Assembly (NCBI GenBank): GCA_051453625.1
Contig: JBOZIK010000001.1
Location: 48,652,691-48,716,455 of the forward strand
Direction: 5' to 3'
DNA from: Welwitschia mirabilis
Lineage: Eukaryota
Length of the DNA stretch: 63,765 bases
The notes under the pieces are model-generated. The model did no database searches, was not told the origin of the DNA, and was given only the letters and a program-made list of their open reading frames with translations. The translations under genes and the position numbers were made by a program. Below, piece after piece: positions 1-14,100 of the stretch; positions within the stretch are counted from its first letter, which is position 1, and each line of letters opens with the position of its first letter.

Positions 1-14
1 TATAAAAGCGCTAG

Positions 15-58
15 ATGATATGATGATGATGATGATAGAGCATGATGATGATGATGAT
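15..58. repeat. Interrupted (GAT)n microsatellite
   Basis: Two GAT runs separated by AGAGCAT. Confidence 0.8.
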
Positions 59-179
59 AGAGTGCGACATTTAAATTAACCCTACATAAGTTCAATTGCT
101 CTATCCCGGCCAGTTTTTTATCTTCACAGGATTTTTTTTCATTTATGATAACTTGTAATACTCATACCCTTAAGGTCAA

Positions 180-2477
180 GGGTTCAAATTCTGTCTTCAC
201 ATTTTTATAAAAATTTCCAAAATTTAAAGATCCAGGGGTAGCGATAGTGAGTATTACATTCAAGGGAAACAAAAAGATCAGAAGAGCCTTAATTGACATT
301 GGAGCAAGTGTTAACATTATGCCATTTTACATTTGTAAGAAACTTAGTTTAGAAAGTAGAATTGAGCCTACTCAGATTCTCTTAGAATTAGCAGATAATT
401 TGGTTAAGAAATCCTTATGGGTCATCAAAGATTTAGTGATTCAAATTGAAAAATCCTACTACTCGATAGATGTGGTTATTATAGAGTTCAAACATAACAG
501 AGGATACCCATTACTTCTAGGATAAGTCTTCTGTGCAACATCTCATTGCATTATCGATACAAGAACAGGGATGATGGAGTATTACCTAGAATAAAAATTT
601 TTTGATTAAATTTTTTAATGCAGCCGAGAAAGATCTAGGTGATGAATGGAATATAAAAAATAAAATTAAGTCAACTTTATTCCTTCCACATCATCCCCTT
701 AAAGAGAGATGGCTGAGAAACCTATGCTTTATGATGATCCACTTAAGATTAAGAACTCAGAAGTCTTCAATAAATCCAACTTTGGACATGATTTTTTAGA
801 TAAGAATGAAGAAGAAATGGAATCCTTAGATTGCAAGGAAGTCCTATTATTAAATAAAAACTCATACCTTAAGGGAGATTGTCCGCTACATGAGCTAGAG
901 ACTAAAAATTTTAGTTTGAATTTGAAAAATATTCCTAGTGAACTGAAATATATTTTTCTTTATAATGATTGAAACAAACCTCGTATAATCAATGAAAATC
1001 TTTTACCTAAATAAGAGTCAACATTAATCTCCCTTTTGACTTTCAAAATTCATGCACTTGCATGGTCTCATAGAGATTTATTTGCTATCCCTCTCTTCCT
1101 CCAATTGATTTTACTCAAAAATAATTGTATACCATTTATGTTTTATCAATTGGTGAATATTTGGTTTGGGCCTTATTTCTCTAAAAGAAATGCAATATCT
1201 TGAGATTATGACCTTAGAAACAAATCCTTCTTTTTTTCTTCCTTTACAATAAAAGTGTTAAATAGACTTTAGGATTTAAATCTTTGGTATTTCCTTTTTA
1301 CTCTTATGCATTTATGATTTTGACTTTGATTTTTAAACAATAGAATAATCTATGGTTAAGTCCTTATCTTTTTAAGAAATTACATTCTAATGGCTCTGTT
1401 GAGATTTCTGACTTAATCACTAAATAAATTTAGAAAGTTAATGTACAAAGGTTGAAAATATATGGGCAGCATTCTAATTAAACATGATAGAAGTGCTGAC
1501 CTTAGAGGTTTTATTTGATGAGGAAGACTTCTTTCCTACCATTGTCTAAATTTTATCTTAGCTTTTTATCATCTTTCAAACATGACTTATGTATTTATTT
1601 CCATGACTAGTCTTTGACTTGGGTATTTTATAGTGGTAAGATTGGATTCATCCAATATTAAGACATTCACATGTCTATGAACTTCAGTTTGAAGGAAGAT
1701 GCTTTATTTTTTATGTTTTTCTCAATAATGAAAAGGTATTAAATCGTTTAAGGGTATTTTTTTCTATATTTATCTTATGATTTCACCTTTGTCTTTTGGA
1801 GTGTTTGTTCATGTAGAATGTTTTCATTTAAGCAGTAAAAAAAAAGTGGGGGAGGGGGGAAGAGAGAGGGGAAAAAATTGAAATAAGATCATGATGTTTT
1901 ATATTTGAGATAGCTTAAAAATATGGTCACCATGATGTTCTATCACAAGTACACTGGGGTAAATTTTCTTAAGAGGGGCCTTTAGCAGTGTAATATGGTA
2001 GCTGTAGGGACTCCACTTGGGGGTTAGCTAGCCATGCTTAATGGGTCCTTACTTCTTTAACTATGGTTGGATTCCCCTCATTATGGATAATAAAATAATA
2101 ATAAAAACTTAAAGGCTACAGGATCAATGATGGTCCTAGTGTCATTAAAGACATTGCTTATTTCCTAGACTCTTAGTCTTTCTACATAATCATTTTATTT
2201 CTAAGGATTTGGGTGTTTATGTTGAGATGTAAGCAGGTGAGTTTATTTTTTAGTAACTCTTTGGTTTTATCATTCATTATTTAAAGAATTTGATTTTTAG
2301 CATCATCATAACTACTGCCTCATCAAATGGAATTTTTTATACATCAAATCATGCATTTAAAAATCAAGTGATGTTATGATTTCTTTCACAGAAGTTTGCT
2401 AAGTTAAAATTTAGGGTAGGTAGGCGATCTTCTTTATGTTGCCTTATGTCTATTCTTTTTGTTTTCTTTTGTTGTGT
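180..2477 (+). mobile_element. Internally deleted Athila-type Ty3/gypsy fragment (aspartic protease region joined to 3' non-coding region)
   Basis: KFPKFKDPG...RALIDIGASVNIMP...PLLLG protease signature (about 210-525), then LKNIPSELKYIFL and ALAWSHRDL, which normally precede RT. At about 1085 the sequence switches to a copy of 8110-9565. Truncated by the N gap at 2478. Confidence 0.8.
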
Positions 2478-2577
2478 NNNNNNNNNNNNNNNNNNNNNNN
2501 NNNNNNNNNNNNNNNNNNNNNNNNNNNNNNNNNNNNNNNNNNNNNNNNNNNNNNNNNNNNNNNNNNNNNNNNNNNNN

Positions 2578-3560
2578 GAATTTTGGGAGAGATCTTAGAA
2601 CTTTTCGTATAATCTTCCCTTCATCTATTTTCTCACTAGACTTACCATAGAGTTTACTATGTTTGTTAGTCTAGCAAAGAACTCTTGCAAAGTCTCTTCT
2701 TCTTCCATGCAAATATTTTCAATCTTGGAGATAAGCATCTGTAGCTTTGCCTTCTTTATAGTAGATGTTCCTTCATGTGCTATTTCAAGAATATCCCAAG
2801 CTTCTTTAGTATGTTCATAGTTCATAATCCTCTTGAATTCATCTGCACACACTGCACAAAAAATAACATTAAGAGCAAGGGCATCTAGGGTAGCCTTGGC
2901 TTTGTCGGTAAGGGGTCCATTAATCTCGAGATTTTTCTACAACTATGGTGGTTCCATTACTATCAGTTTTGGATATTCTAGGCGTGACATAGCAATTATA
3001 GATTACCTTCTCTATGTATACATTTAAGAATCTAAGGAAGAGTCTCATACAGGCCTTCCAGTAGGCATAGTTTATCCCATCGAACATGGGTGATCTTCTA
3101 ATAAAGAGGCCATTAGAAGAACTAATTATAATTAGGGTTTAAGAGTTTAGATCTTTTAGGATCTACTAATAACTCAACCTCACTCTAATATCAAATAAAG
3201 GATCAAGAACCCTAGAGCAGGGGGAAGGTGGTGAATAGGATTTAAAAACAAATCAAAAGCTATCTCCACAAAGTATTAAATACAGAAAATATTTATGCAT
3301 ATGAAATACTAAAATTGATCTAAAAGAAAAATAACTGAAAATAGAAAATACCAATGGAGATTGATAAATACAAAATTTATAGGGGTTTGGAAAACCTCCT
3401 ACTCCACTCTCGGCAGTCAACTTCTATTCAAGACTAATCTAGATCTTTGTTACTCACTTTCCAAGTATTTTAGGTTTACTTGTAACCTTTTACAATTAGA
3501 ATTTTGAGAGGTTTAGTTTCAACATTTGAAGAGAATGCTTTTTAGTGTCAATAGTATGCC
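2578..3560 (-). mobile_element. Ty1/copia (Sirevirus-like) 5' remnant: LTR end, PBS and degenerate gag
   Basis: Minus strand reads SPMFDGINYAYWKACM and EAWDILEIAHEGTSTIKKAKLQML...MEEEETLQEFFARLTNIVNSMVSL (copia gag, UBN2-like). Decayed Met-tRNA PBS TGATATTAGAGTG at 3181-3193. A C-rich CTATTCACC motif lies just inside the LTR end. Right boundary uncertain. Confidence 0.8.
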
Positions 3561-3627
3561 ATAATGCATAGGTTTCATTAGATCTGAGGTATAGTAATGA
3601 TAATACTACACTTTCAGAAATGATATC

Positions 3628-6600
3628 TGATGCACTACCAAATATTGTGTATTTGATGGGATGTTATGAGATATTTTATAGGATATTTATATAGGTTTAG
3701 ATGAAATTTTGAGAATTATAATTGATAAAATATCTTAGAAATGTGCAATTCTTAGCATGATTAGAAACATTTAAAACATATTCTAATACATTATACCTAG
3801 GAGAGAGATCACTAATGAAAAAGGATAGCTTCTCTTGAGTTAGAAGGACAAAAAAGACATAGGATGACAACACTGTAGATGTCACATTAGATGCTGATGT
3901 GGATTGAAGCCAGTACTACTGAGTCATCTTTTATAAAGAGGTGTCATCCTCATGGTCGTCTCCACGACATGTAGGATGATGAATGTAACATTTGATCCAT
4001 CATCCCCTTAGTCATCTCCATGATAGACAGGATGATACTTGTAACTGCTAGCCAACCTTTATCCATTTTGTCCATTTCTTTCTTGTAATCGAGTGCATTT
4101 TGTAGCATCTTTTGTTGTCGGTTTTGCTTCTTAACCCTATAAATAATACCCTCATTTTCCTCTTTTCTCCATCTTCGATGCATTAGACATTCTCGTGACA
4201 GGAGATCGAAGGACTGCAGATCCATCTTGCAAGTTATAGAGAGACGTTCCCTTGGTGAAGGGCTGTGCATTCTTCATTAAGGCTCGGTAGTTTTGTAACC
4301 CAGATGCTATTTCTATTTTAATACAAAACTCAATTTGATTTATGCATTTAATTTTGTTAGATTTCCCTTATGGTTTATGTTGTCCTTGATCCAGTGAAAG
4401 TTTCAGTGATGATATAAGTCTTAAGGACAGCCTTTGTTAAGGCTAAATAAAGTAGTTTTAGATTTATTTTGCATTGCATTTAGATTTAGTTACACTCAAA
4501 TTGCATAACATATTAAGTTTCGATTACTATATTTTCTTCGGAAATCAATTCTCATTTTCCTCTCATAAGTCTTTAATGGATTATGACATTTGGATTACTC
4601 CCATTGATATTAGAGTGTGTATTATGCAATCTATATATATTGATTAATAGGATTTAAAGTAAAATGTGAAGTTGAAAACATATACACCATAACATCTTGG
4701 CATCATTACTGGGGAAGGCTGCTGAAGAGCACAAGGATTGTTGTCATTCAGGTGAGTAAATTAGATTTATGTTTAGTTATTTATTTGTAGTGACATTGTA
4801 TTTTTAATTAGGAATTTTTGATTTTTGGTTTTCAGTTTTTTCAGTTTTTGATTTTCATTTTTCGGTTTTTAGTTTTTCGATTTTTTAGTTTTTGATTTTC
4901 AATTTTTTCAATTTTTATTTTTTTCAGTTTTTGTTTTTAGTTTTTAGTTTTTCAATAAAAATATGTTATATTTTCTGTTGTTTCCATGACATTGAGAAGC
5001 CAACACAGATTTCTTGGTTACTTTCTGTTTGTGAATTTTTCTTTTGGTTTTTGTTTTAATAGTAATATAGCTATCGTCTTCTCTATTGTCTCCACGATAA
5101 GGTGGACAACACTTCTATTTTGGTTTTCTGCATTTTGTTTTTGGATTATAGCAAATTTTAGCTTTTTCTTTTTTTTTTTTTAATTTTTGTCATCATCTCT
5201 ATCATCTGCATGAAAAGAAGGACAACCGTTTGTGTGTCTATTTTTGGATTTTGGCTCTCTGCTAAATTTTTGTTTTCTATTTATTCTTTTAGTTTTTATT
5301 GTCCTCTCTGTCGTTCCCATGACCAGAAGGATGACTGTTAGTTATTTTTTATTTCATTTTCTATTGTTTTCTATTTGCAGCATGCTGTGACATGGTTGAT
5401 ACTAGAAAGAAAAAGGCTACTGATAGAAGAAAGTATCGGAGAAGGACCAATTGGCTTTGAAATAGAATCAAGAACGTAATATCTAGGTGCATATAATATC
5501 TTTTTCAAGTTCATTTTTTTTAATCTTATTCCTTGAAAGAAATTTTTTTAGAAGATAATGATAGCCATTACACATATTTTAAGCATTAAGAATTTAGACA
5601 ATTTTGTTAAAACATTAAAGAAAGTAGAACTCAACCATCACTGTGCACTTATCTTTATCTTGAATTAGATTCTCCTTTTTCCATTCTTCTCAATTATGAA
5701 TAGAAATACAAGGATCCTTGGGAAAATTCTTGCTAAAAGAAGGAGAAACTTAAAAAATTCTGATGATAATGGTAAGAAAACGCTTTGAGAGATTTCTGTA
5801 AAAAGAAGAAGAAACTTACAAGATTCTAAGGTTTATAGTGAGAAAACACTTCGAGAGATTTTTAAAAGAGGGAGAACAATACAAAATGATGTTGAGAGTA
5901 GGGATTGGGCCCATTCCTTTTTTCAACCATTCTATTATTCCCCCTCTTCTTTTCAAACTTTATATAGAAATAACAATGAAAATCTTCCACATTTAAAGGA
6001 ATTCAACCTTGTTTATACAAACTTTTTATAATCACTTTTATCAATCCCATTCATCTTCTATGCATTACTATGAAGAAGAACCATCTCCCGTGAACTACTA
6101 CGAGGAAGAAAATGATCTAATAAAAAAATAATTAAGGAAATGAAGAAAAACCAAGAAAATACTAACAATAGCATATAAAATATCAACAATAAACTAGAAA
6201 ATTTGATTGGGATCTTAAAACAAATACTATTACAAAATCTAGGCTCTTTTACAATACAATAACCTCAAACTTATTCTTCTACATCCTACCTTGAGGAAAA
6301 TGAGGAGAACTTAAAAATAAATGATAATGATTCTTGCTTTTAAATAGAGAATGAAAATTTGGATCAAACTTCAACATCCTACTCATTAGAAGATGAGAAA
6401 AAAGTACATAATAATAACTCCACTCAATCTTTCAACAATGAGGATAAGGATGATCATTCATTACATGATGGTATTGAGGGATTAGATCATATTCCTGAAA
6501 TTCATTTACTGCTAACAATTTAGATGAAGAATACATGCATGAAAAATCTGAAAATTCTTTAATCTATGATGAACATAATGATCGTATTTCTCTTTCTAAT

Positions 6601-9600
6601 GAATCTAACAATATGCAACAAGACGATGAGAGTGGTGAAGAAGAAGATAATGATGACATTAAAATATTAGATCACATCCCTTGTTTTCACTTACTTTGTA
6701 AGGATGAAGGAGTTCCACCTATGAAAAAAGTTCAGCTTATGAGATTAATGGAGAATTAAAGTACTGAGACAAAATTAGCGAAGAAGAGTTAACTCAGTAA
6801 CAACAACTCAATAACTATTACAGTTTTGAATTAACAAGATTATTCAACAAAGAGGAAGAAGAGTCAACATAGGAAATATCAGAAAATTTTTCATCACATA
6901 ATGAAGACAATTAAAAATTTCCTTTCAATAATCTTTTTAATGATATTTCCGATGAATCCACCAACTAAGGAAAAAAAAAATCCTCAACAAAATAATAAAG
7001 AAGAAAAAGATACAATCAATGATATTGATGATGAAGAAGAGGGAGATGTGATCAAAGAACATAATGAAGAAAGTAAAGAGAGAATTCAACCAAGTAATGA
7101 TGAAGTCAACAATGAGAAGGAGAGGAATGAAGAAGAATCAATTGAAAATTAAATAAAATTAATGGAGAATAGACTTACATATTTCAATTAAAAAAACCAA
7201 CTTAAAGAGTCTCTACACGTTTCTCCATCTCTTTTTCACTTGTACTTCCATTTGAAACCTCAAATGATGACATCCTTCCTTCTACTTCTACATTATCTTG
7301 TGATCTTGACAATGATAATCTTTCTCTCTTTATCCCTTTTGAACATTTAAGTAATTCTGCAAATCACACCCTTGGCCTTAAAATTAATGAAACACATCAT
7401 CTTGAGGACTCTACTCCAAAAATGTCTCAATCCTTTTCTTTTAAAACTACACATGCTACAAAAGTGACATCTTTTACCCTTTTACAAAGCCAATTCTACC
7501 TTGTGCTTTTAATGTTTATTCTTTTAAAAAATAAGACTTGGAATATCTTGGAACTCTAAATTGGGGAAAATCATACCTTCTCGATCCAAATCCATGCTTA
7601 GAATTAAATGTTGAAGAGCTTCTTAGACATGTAAAACCTATTTTAATTATTTATCTAAGAATTTTCTTGCAAATTATTGGATCCCAAATGATACCTTCTA
7701 TGTTTGATATCAATCTCTGAATGTAATTTATGTTTCAAATGTTTTATATCATGAGTTTGATAAGAGATTGTTTTTCCAAGAGTTATATGAATTTTTTATC
7801 TCTTGTATTGTTGCTAAATCTTGTGGAGATAAAATGTTATGTGGTTATGCTAATTCGAAAAAGTCTCCTTTTTTAAATGAAAATCTATGTCTTGAAGTGA
7901 ATCATAGAAAACTTTTAAATCTTACTAGACATTTTAAAGAACCTTTAAAATCATCTTGGATACTTTCTTTGAGTTCCTTCTTGCATGCCTTTTATAATGA
8001 TACTCAGGATTCACAATGTTTTCATAAGAGATTATTTGTCAATGACACTTATCACTTATTTATCTCTTATTTGAATTATAAAATTTATGCTATCAAAGTT
8101 TTATATTTCTATTCTTTCTTCCTCCAATTCATTTTGCTCAAAAATAGTTGTATACCTTTTATGTTTTATCAATTGGTGAATATTTGGTTTGGGTCTTATT
8201 TCTCTGAAGGAATGCAAAATCTTAATATCATTGTCGTAGAAACCAAACTTTCTTTTCTTTATTTTAATAAAAGCGTTGAATAAAAATTTTAGAACTTGAA
8301 TAAAGTTTGTTTTTTATTTGCGTTAATGCTTCTTTTTTACTCTTAAGTTTTTATGATTTTGACTTTGGTTTTTAAGTAATAAATCAACCTGCAGATGGTT
8401 AGGTCCTTACCTTATCTTTGAGAAAGTACATTCTAATGGCTATGTTGAGATTTCTAACTTAGCCACTAGAGAAATTCAGAAAGTTAATGGGTAAAGGTTG
8501 AAAATATACAAGCAACCTTCTGATATAAACATGATAGAAGCATTGGCATTAGAGGTTCTTCTCGAAGAGGAGGACTTCTTCCCTATCATTGTCTAAATTT
8601 TTTTCTTAGTTTGGAGACCATTATGGTATTACTTGATCATTTTTCAAACATGACTTATGTATTTATTTCCATGATTAATCTTTGACTTAAGCATCTTACA
8701 GTGGTAAGACTAGATTCTCCTAATCTTAAGACATTTACATGTCTATGGACTTCATTCTGAAGGAAGATGCTTTATTTTTGATGTTTTTCCCAATGATGAA
8801 AAGGTCTTAGATTATTTAAGAATGTTCTTTTTTGTCTTTTATCTTGTTACTTTACCTTTATCTTTTGGAGTGTTTGGTTATGTGAAATGTTTCAATAATG
8901 TCCCCAAAAAAGGAAAAAAGAAAAAGGAAAAAGAAGAAGAAGAAGAAACAGAAGGGAAAAAGTAAAAATGAGACCATGATGTTTTATATTTAAGATAGCT
9001 CAAAAACATAGTCATCATGATGTCCTACCTTAAGTACACTGGGACAAATTTTCCCAAGAGGGGCCTTTAGTGGTGTAATATGGTAGCTGTTGGAACTCCA
9101 TTAGGAAGTCAGCTGGCCATGCTTCGTGGGTCCTTACTTCTCTGACTTTGATTGCACTCCCCTCATCATGGGTAGTTAAATAATAAATAATAACAACTTT
9201 GAGGCTACTGGATCACTGATGTTCCTGGTATCATCAAAGGCATTAATTATTTTCTAGACTCTTAGTCTTTCCACATGATCATTTCATTTCTAAAGATGCA
9301 GGTGTTTGTTTTGAGATGTAAGCAAGTGAGTTCATTTTTGAGAAACTCTTTGATCTTATTACTTATTATTTAAAGCATTTAATTTTTAGCATCATCATAA
9401 CCATTACCTTATCAAATGGAATTTTTTTAACATCAAAGCATGCATTTTAAAATTAAGTAATGTTATGATTTCTTTTATGGAAATCTACTGGGTTAAAAAT
9501 TTAGGGTAGGTAGGCTATCTTCTTTATGTTGCCTTATGTCTATTCTTTTTGTTTTCTTTTGTTGTTCAGTTAGTTGTTTCAAAGTCATTCTGATATTATC

Positions 9601-11115
9601 TTATCATTTTAGAACATTAACATTTAATATTTTCCTTGCCCAGTTTTCAATAAAAAGTTGATATCTTGCTTAGATGAATTTTCTTAACAATTTTGTGATG
9701 TTCATTTTTCAGTCTTTTTGAGTTCTAAACACTACTCTTAATCATTTTTTGTGATGACACATTTGTTGGGCATTCATGAATCTTTGTCAGAATATTTCAT
9801 ACATCTCTATTTTTCAAATCTGATATTTATACACTTAGCTTTATGCTTAATTCATTAATTGTCCAAATTCAAAAACATCCATCATTCGCCTTCTCATTCC
9901 CATCTGCTTTCTTTTGCTTCACTAGCCAAGACTCATTTTTATATCTCATTTTCCTAAAATTTTCGAGTTATTTCATAGCTTTCATGAGATATAATTTTGA
10001 AATTTTCACTTCATACACATGAATTGTGTGTTATTTTGCTATATGATGTGTTTGAGATTATTTATGAGCCTATTTTATAATGTCAGATTGATTTTTTTTA
10101 AGATAATTTGACTTACATTTGTAGTTGTTCGTCTGATCTTTATCAAGGACTGATAAAGGCTAAGTGGGGGGCTATGATGTGCTACTAAATTGCATGTATT
10201 TGATGAGGTATTATAAGCTATTTTGCAGAATGTTTATACAAGTTTAGATGAAATTCTGAGGATTATGAAGAATTAATAAAAGATCTCATAAATATGAAAT
10301 TATTAGCATGATTAGAGGCATTTAAGATATATTCTAATGCATATTACTTTAGAGGAAGATCATTGATGCAAAAGGAAGACTTTTTTTTAGTTAAAAAGAC
10401 AAAGAGAACTATCGTCCCCTCTGTCATCCCCATGAGAACTAAGACAACAACACTATAGATGCCACATGAAAATGCTGATGTGGACTAAAGCTAGAATTGC
10501 TAAGTCATCCTTTCTAAAGGGGTGTTATCCCCATGGTTGTTCCCATGACATGTAGGATAATCACTGTAACGTTTGATCCATCGTCCCGTTAGTTGTCCCC
10601 ATGACAACTAGGATGACACTTATAATTACTAGCTAACCTTTGTCCATTTCATCTATTTCTTTCTATAATTGAGTGCATTTTGTAGTGCCTTTTATTTGTT
10701 GGTTTTGTTTCTTAACCTTATAAATAAGACCTCTTTCAACTCTTTTCTTCATCTTCATTTGCACAAGACATTCTTGTGACAAGAGATGGAAGGGCTAAAG
10801 TTCCATCTCACTAGTTGCTAAAAGACATTCCATTGATAAAGGGTTGTGCATCCTCCATTAAGGATTTGTTTTGTAACCCAGATGCTGGTTCTATTTTAAT
10901 ACAGAACTTGGTTTAATTTGTGCATTCAATTCTATTAGATTATCCTTATGGCTTATTTTGTCTTTGATCCAATGATAGTTTCATTGATGATATAGGTCTT
11001 AAGGATAGCCTTACAACATTTGGATTACTTCCATTCATATAAGAGTGCATATTTTGCAATCTATACATTTTGATTAACAGGATCTAAAGTAAGACGAAAA
11101 ATACATACCACAACA
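3628..11115 (+). mobile_element. Non-autonomous (pol-less) Athila-type LTR element with two diverged LTRs
   Basis: 5' LTR 3628-4694 (TGAT...AACA) and 3' LTR 10175-11115 align throughout, except that about 150 bp near 4435-4585 is missing from the 3' LTR. Decayed Athila-type PBS TGGCATCATTACTGGGGA at 4698-4715; polypurine tract (PPT) AAGTGGGGGG at about 10162-10171. No RT, RNase H or integrase motifs recognised inside. The flanking 5-mers do not match (ATATC vs ACCAT). Confidence 0.82.
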
Positions 11116-14100
11116 ACCATTAATAAAATTTAGTAATTTAATTATCAAAATTTTATCCACTTTCTATATAACTTGTGATTTTTATCCTAACTGCATCTAT
11201 CTCTCACATTTTTCATGATCCTCATGCTATCGTAGTTCATCTTGCCTTTACCTGATCTGTACATTTACATTTTGCTAGTGTTATCATCTACTTTCACTGG
11301 CACCGTCATCTCTCTTTTCCTAGGTATATTCGATCTTTACTTATAGCTTTGTTTCAGGATCCTCTAGTTTCTCAATGAATTAATAAGCTTGTTATTAAAT
11401 CTGAAATCCTTATGTTTTCTTTTCAATCCATTTTTCATTTGTCTGGCTTTCTCTTTCGTCTCTTTTACAGTTTCATTTATTTTTCTTTATTTAGTTTTAT
11501 CATTTTAGGCCACCATGAGTGAAAGAGTAAGAAAATTTTTTGAGGAAGGAATTTTCACGTCCTTCTTTTATCTTATTTGTACCTTTTTATAATGATGAAA
11601 TTAAGGTAAGGAATTGGAACTACTTATTGAAGGAGGATGACACTTAATACTTTCTCAAGCTAATTTTCAAGTTTTATAGAAATGTAACAAAATATGAAGA
11701 TAACTCTTGGGTAATCCATTCTTTTGTTCATCATAGTTCCTTTGTTATTTCCCATAGTGTGGTAAAAGCATTAATAGGAACTAAACATCATAATAATTTA
11801 CCTTACATATTTACATAATCCCTTAGTTTTTATTGTGTTGCACTCAATGTTTAGTTTTTATTGTGTTGCATTCAATGCTGAATATGCACCAAATAGTGAA
11901 GGATCCTTACCTTAGAAAGACCTAGATAAGAATCAATTAGTACTTTTTAGATTTATCATTTAAAATGTTTTACCTACATCACATGTGATTTATGCCTATA
12001 GTACCCACCTTGTAAGTACCTTGATATGTCTAGATGTATTTTTGCCATCTTAACATGTCTAGATGTATTTTTACCACTATAGCAAACAACACAGGTTGTA
12101 GGATTAATCTTTATCTTCCATGCTTTGTTTTAGAATTAATTTATAAGGCCTTAACTCATAGTCTATATTTTAAGGAATGGGATAAAAACTTTATAGAAAT
12201 CATAATCTTAAGAAAATTACCCAACTTAGTAAGTGTAAGAATGAAGACTGGATTCTAAGGGATCTTCATAAGATTCAAGAAGAAGAAGAACTTCTTCAAA
12301 GAATTCCTTCTCCTTCTCAAGCTCCTTTCTCTCCCTACCTTCCATCAACTAGAATAATAAAGGGGAAAGTTTTCATTAGTAAATACTCTCATGCCCCTTA
12401 TTCTCCACCCTCTTGTACTCCTCCTTTTATCACTCATTGTCATTCATCCACCACTTCTAGAGATACCTTCTTGAAGGAGTACCCAAATCATAAAGGACTT
12501 AAAGTACAAAGCTATGAGTTATAGTAAAGGAGATTGTTAGAAAACAAAAGAAGATATCAAAGAAGCAATAAGAAATAAATTAAAAGTTGAAAAGGTTAGC
12601 TCTTCATAGAAGACCCATGAGCTAAAATTCTCTTCCCCCACCCCCTTGTCCCCCCATCCTCCCCTTTCCCTCCCTCCCTCTCTCTATCACCCTTTCCCAT
12701 ATGTACTTTTTTAGCTTTTGTAGTTGCTTTATAATTGAATTTTTCTTATTGTAATAACTGTTGTACTTGATGAAAAATCAATATGAATCCCTATTTCTAT
12801 TAATCTAGTTCTTATTTTGAATCGACACTTAATTGCAAAAAATGTTAACTTGATTTTAAGTCTCTATAATTGAATGCCATCAATAGGACTTTTAATAGAG
12901 CTAACAGCATTGGCTTTCTTAACTAATGCCATCACCTTATCCTACACAGATTAACCCCATTTGACAAAGAAATGATATGCTTTATTTCTAGTTTTTCTCA
13001 CACTTAAGTCTATGCTAAAAATTCACAGAAACTAACTGATATAGATTCATCATCTATTTCCTCATCCATAACATTATCACATTCCATTTTTTATTCATCA
13101 TCATTTTTTAGTCAATCTTTTATCATTTGTGTAACTTACATCTAAATTTAGATATTTAAATCATTACAATCAAAGAGTTATTTTGATTAGTCATCTTTTT
13201 TTTACATTAGTCTGCATTTTTCATTTTATAGTTCATTATGCATTACATATTTCATTTTCAATATTGTTATTTTTAGCTCATATTTAATGACATTAGAGCA
13301 TGCATCATTTATCCCTTATTACTTTTCCACTTTTTTTTCACATTCTTCCAATCTTGGAAGATAAAGTTTAGCTTTAGTTGAAGGGAGTGGTATTTGCACT
13401 TAAGTACCTGCCTTTCATGCTTTATTTTCTTGCTTAAGTGTAAATTCAAATTTAAATTAATCAAAGTTTTTAAAATTTGTTCATCATTCTTTGCTTAATA
13501 CTTGATTTAATTGCTTTGCATTTTTTGCAATGTTATTCAATCTTTAATACACCTTTCTTTTGCTAAGGGACTAGTAAAAGCTTGATTGGGGGATATGATA
13601 ACAAGCAAAAAATTGACATTTACATTAAGGAATCTAGGCCTTATTAACATGCTTAATTGATTATTATTACACTTGTATGCATTTATTATGCTTACGACTA
13701 TGAAAATTTAGTTTCACTAGTAATCTACCTTGAGACTATCATTTTACAGAATATTTACACCATCTAGAGTATTACAGTAGAAGATGGAGGTGTGCTAAGT
13801 ATTATTGGCGGCAACTATGTTTTAGAAGCAACGACACTAGTTACTATACATAGAATGGGTTTATACTTATGTTCTTAAGTTTTCCTAATAGAAGCAATCC
13901 ATTTAGAGCATTTTTGAAAGTAGAGGATAAATAAAGAATCTTATCTAAGAAGAACGCTTGAAATTGATCCCCTGACTAAAGGACACCACATACACCTTGG
14001 GCATTCTAAAGAATGATCCTATTAGGCCTTAGAAATCCTAATTGGAAACCTTAAATTTGGCTTATAAATACTCTACTTCACTTCACTTCACTTGAAGGCA

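Noticed and set aside
7768-8283. 171-aa ORF
   Set aside because: It has a non-ATG start, lies within a decayed TE, shows no recognisable domain, and the paralogous copy near 1090-1260 does not preserve it.
3628-11115. Possible hammerhead ribozyme (retrozyme) in the non-autonomous LTR elements
   Set aside because: I did not find a CUGANGA...GAAA core with flanking helices by eye. An Infernal search would be needed to exclude it fully.
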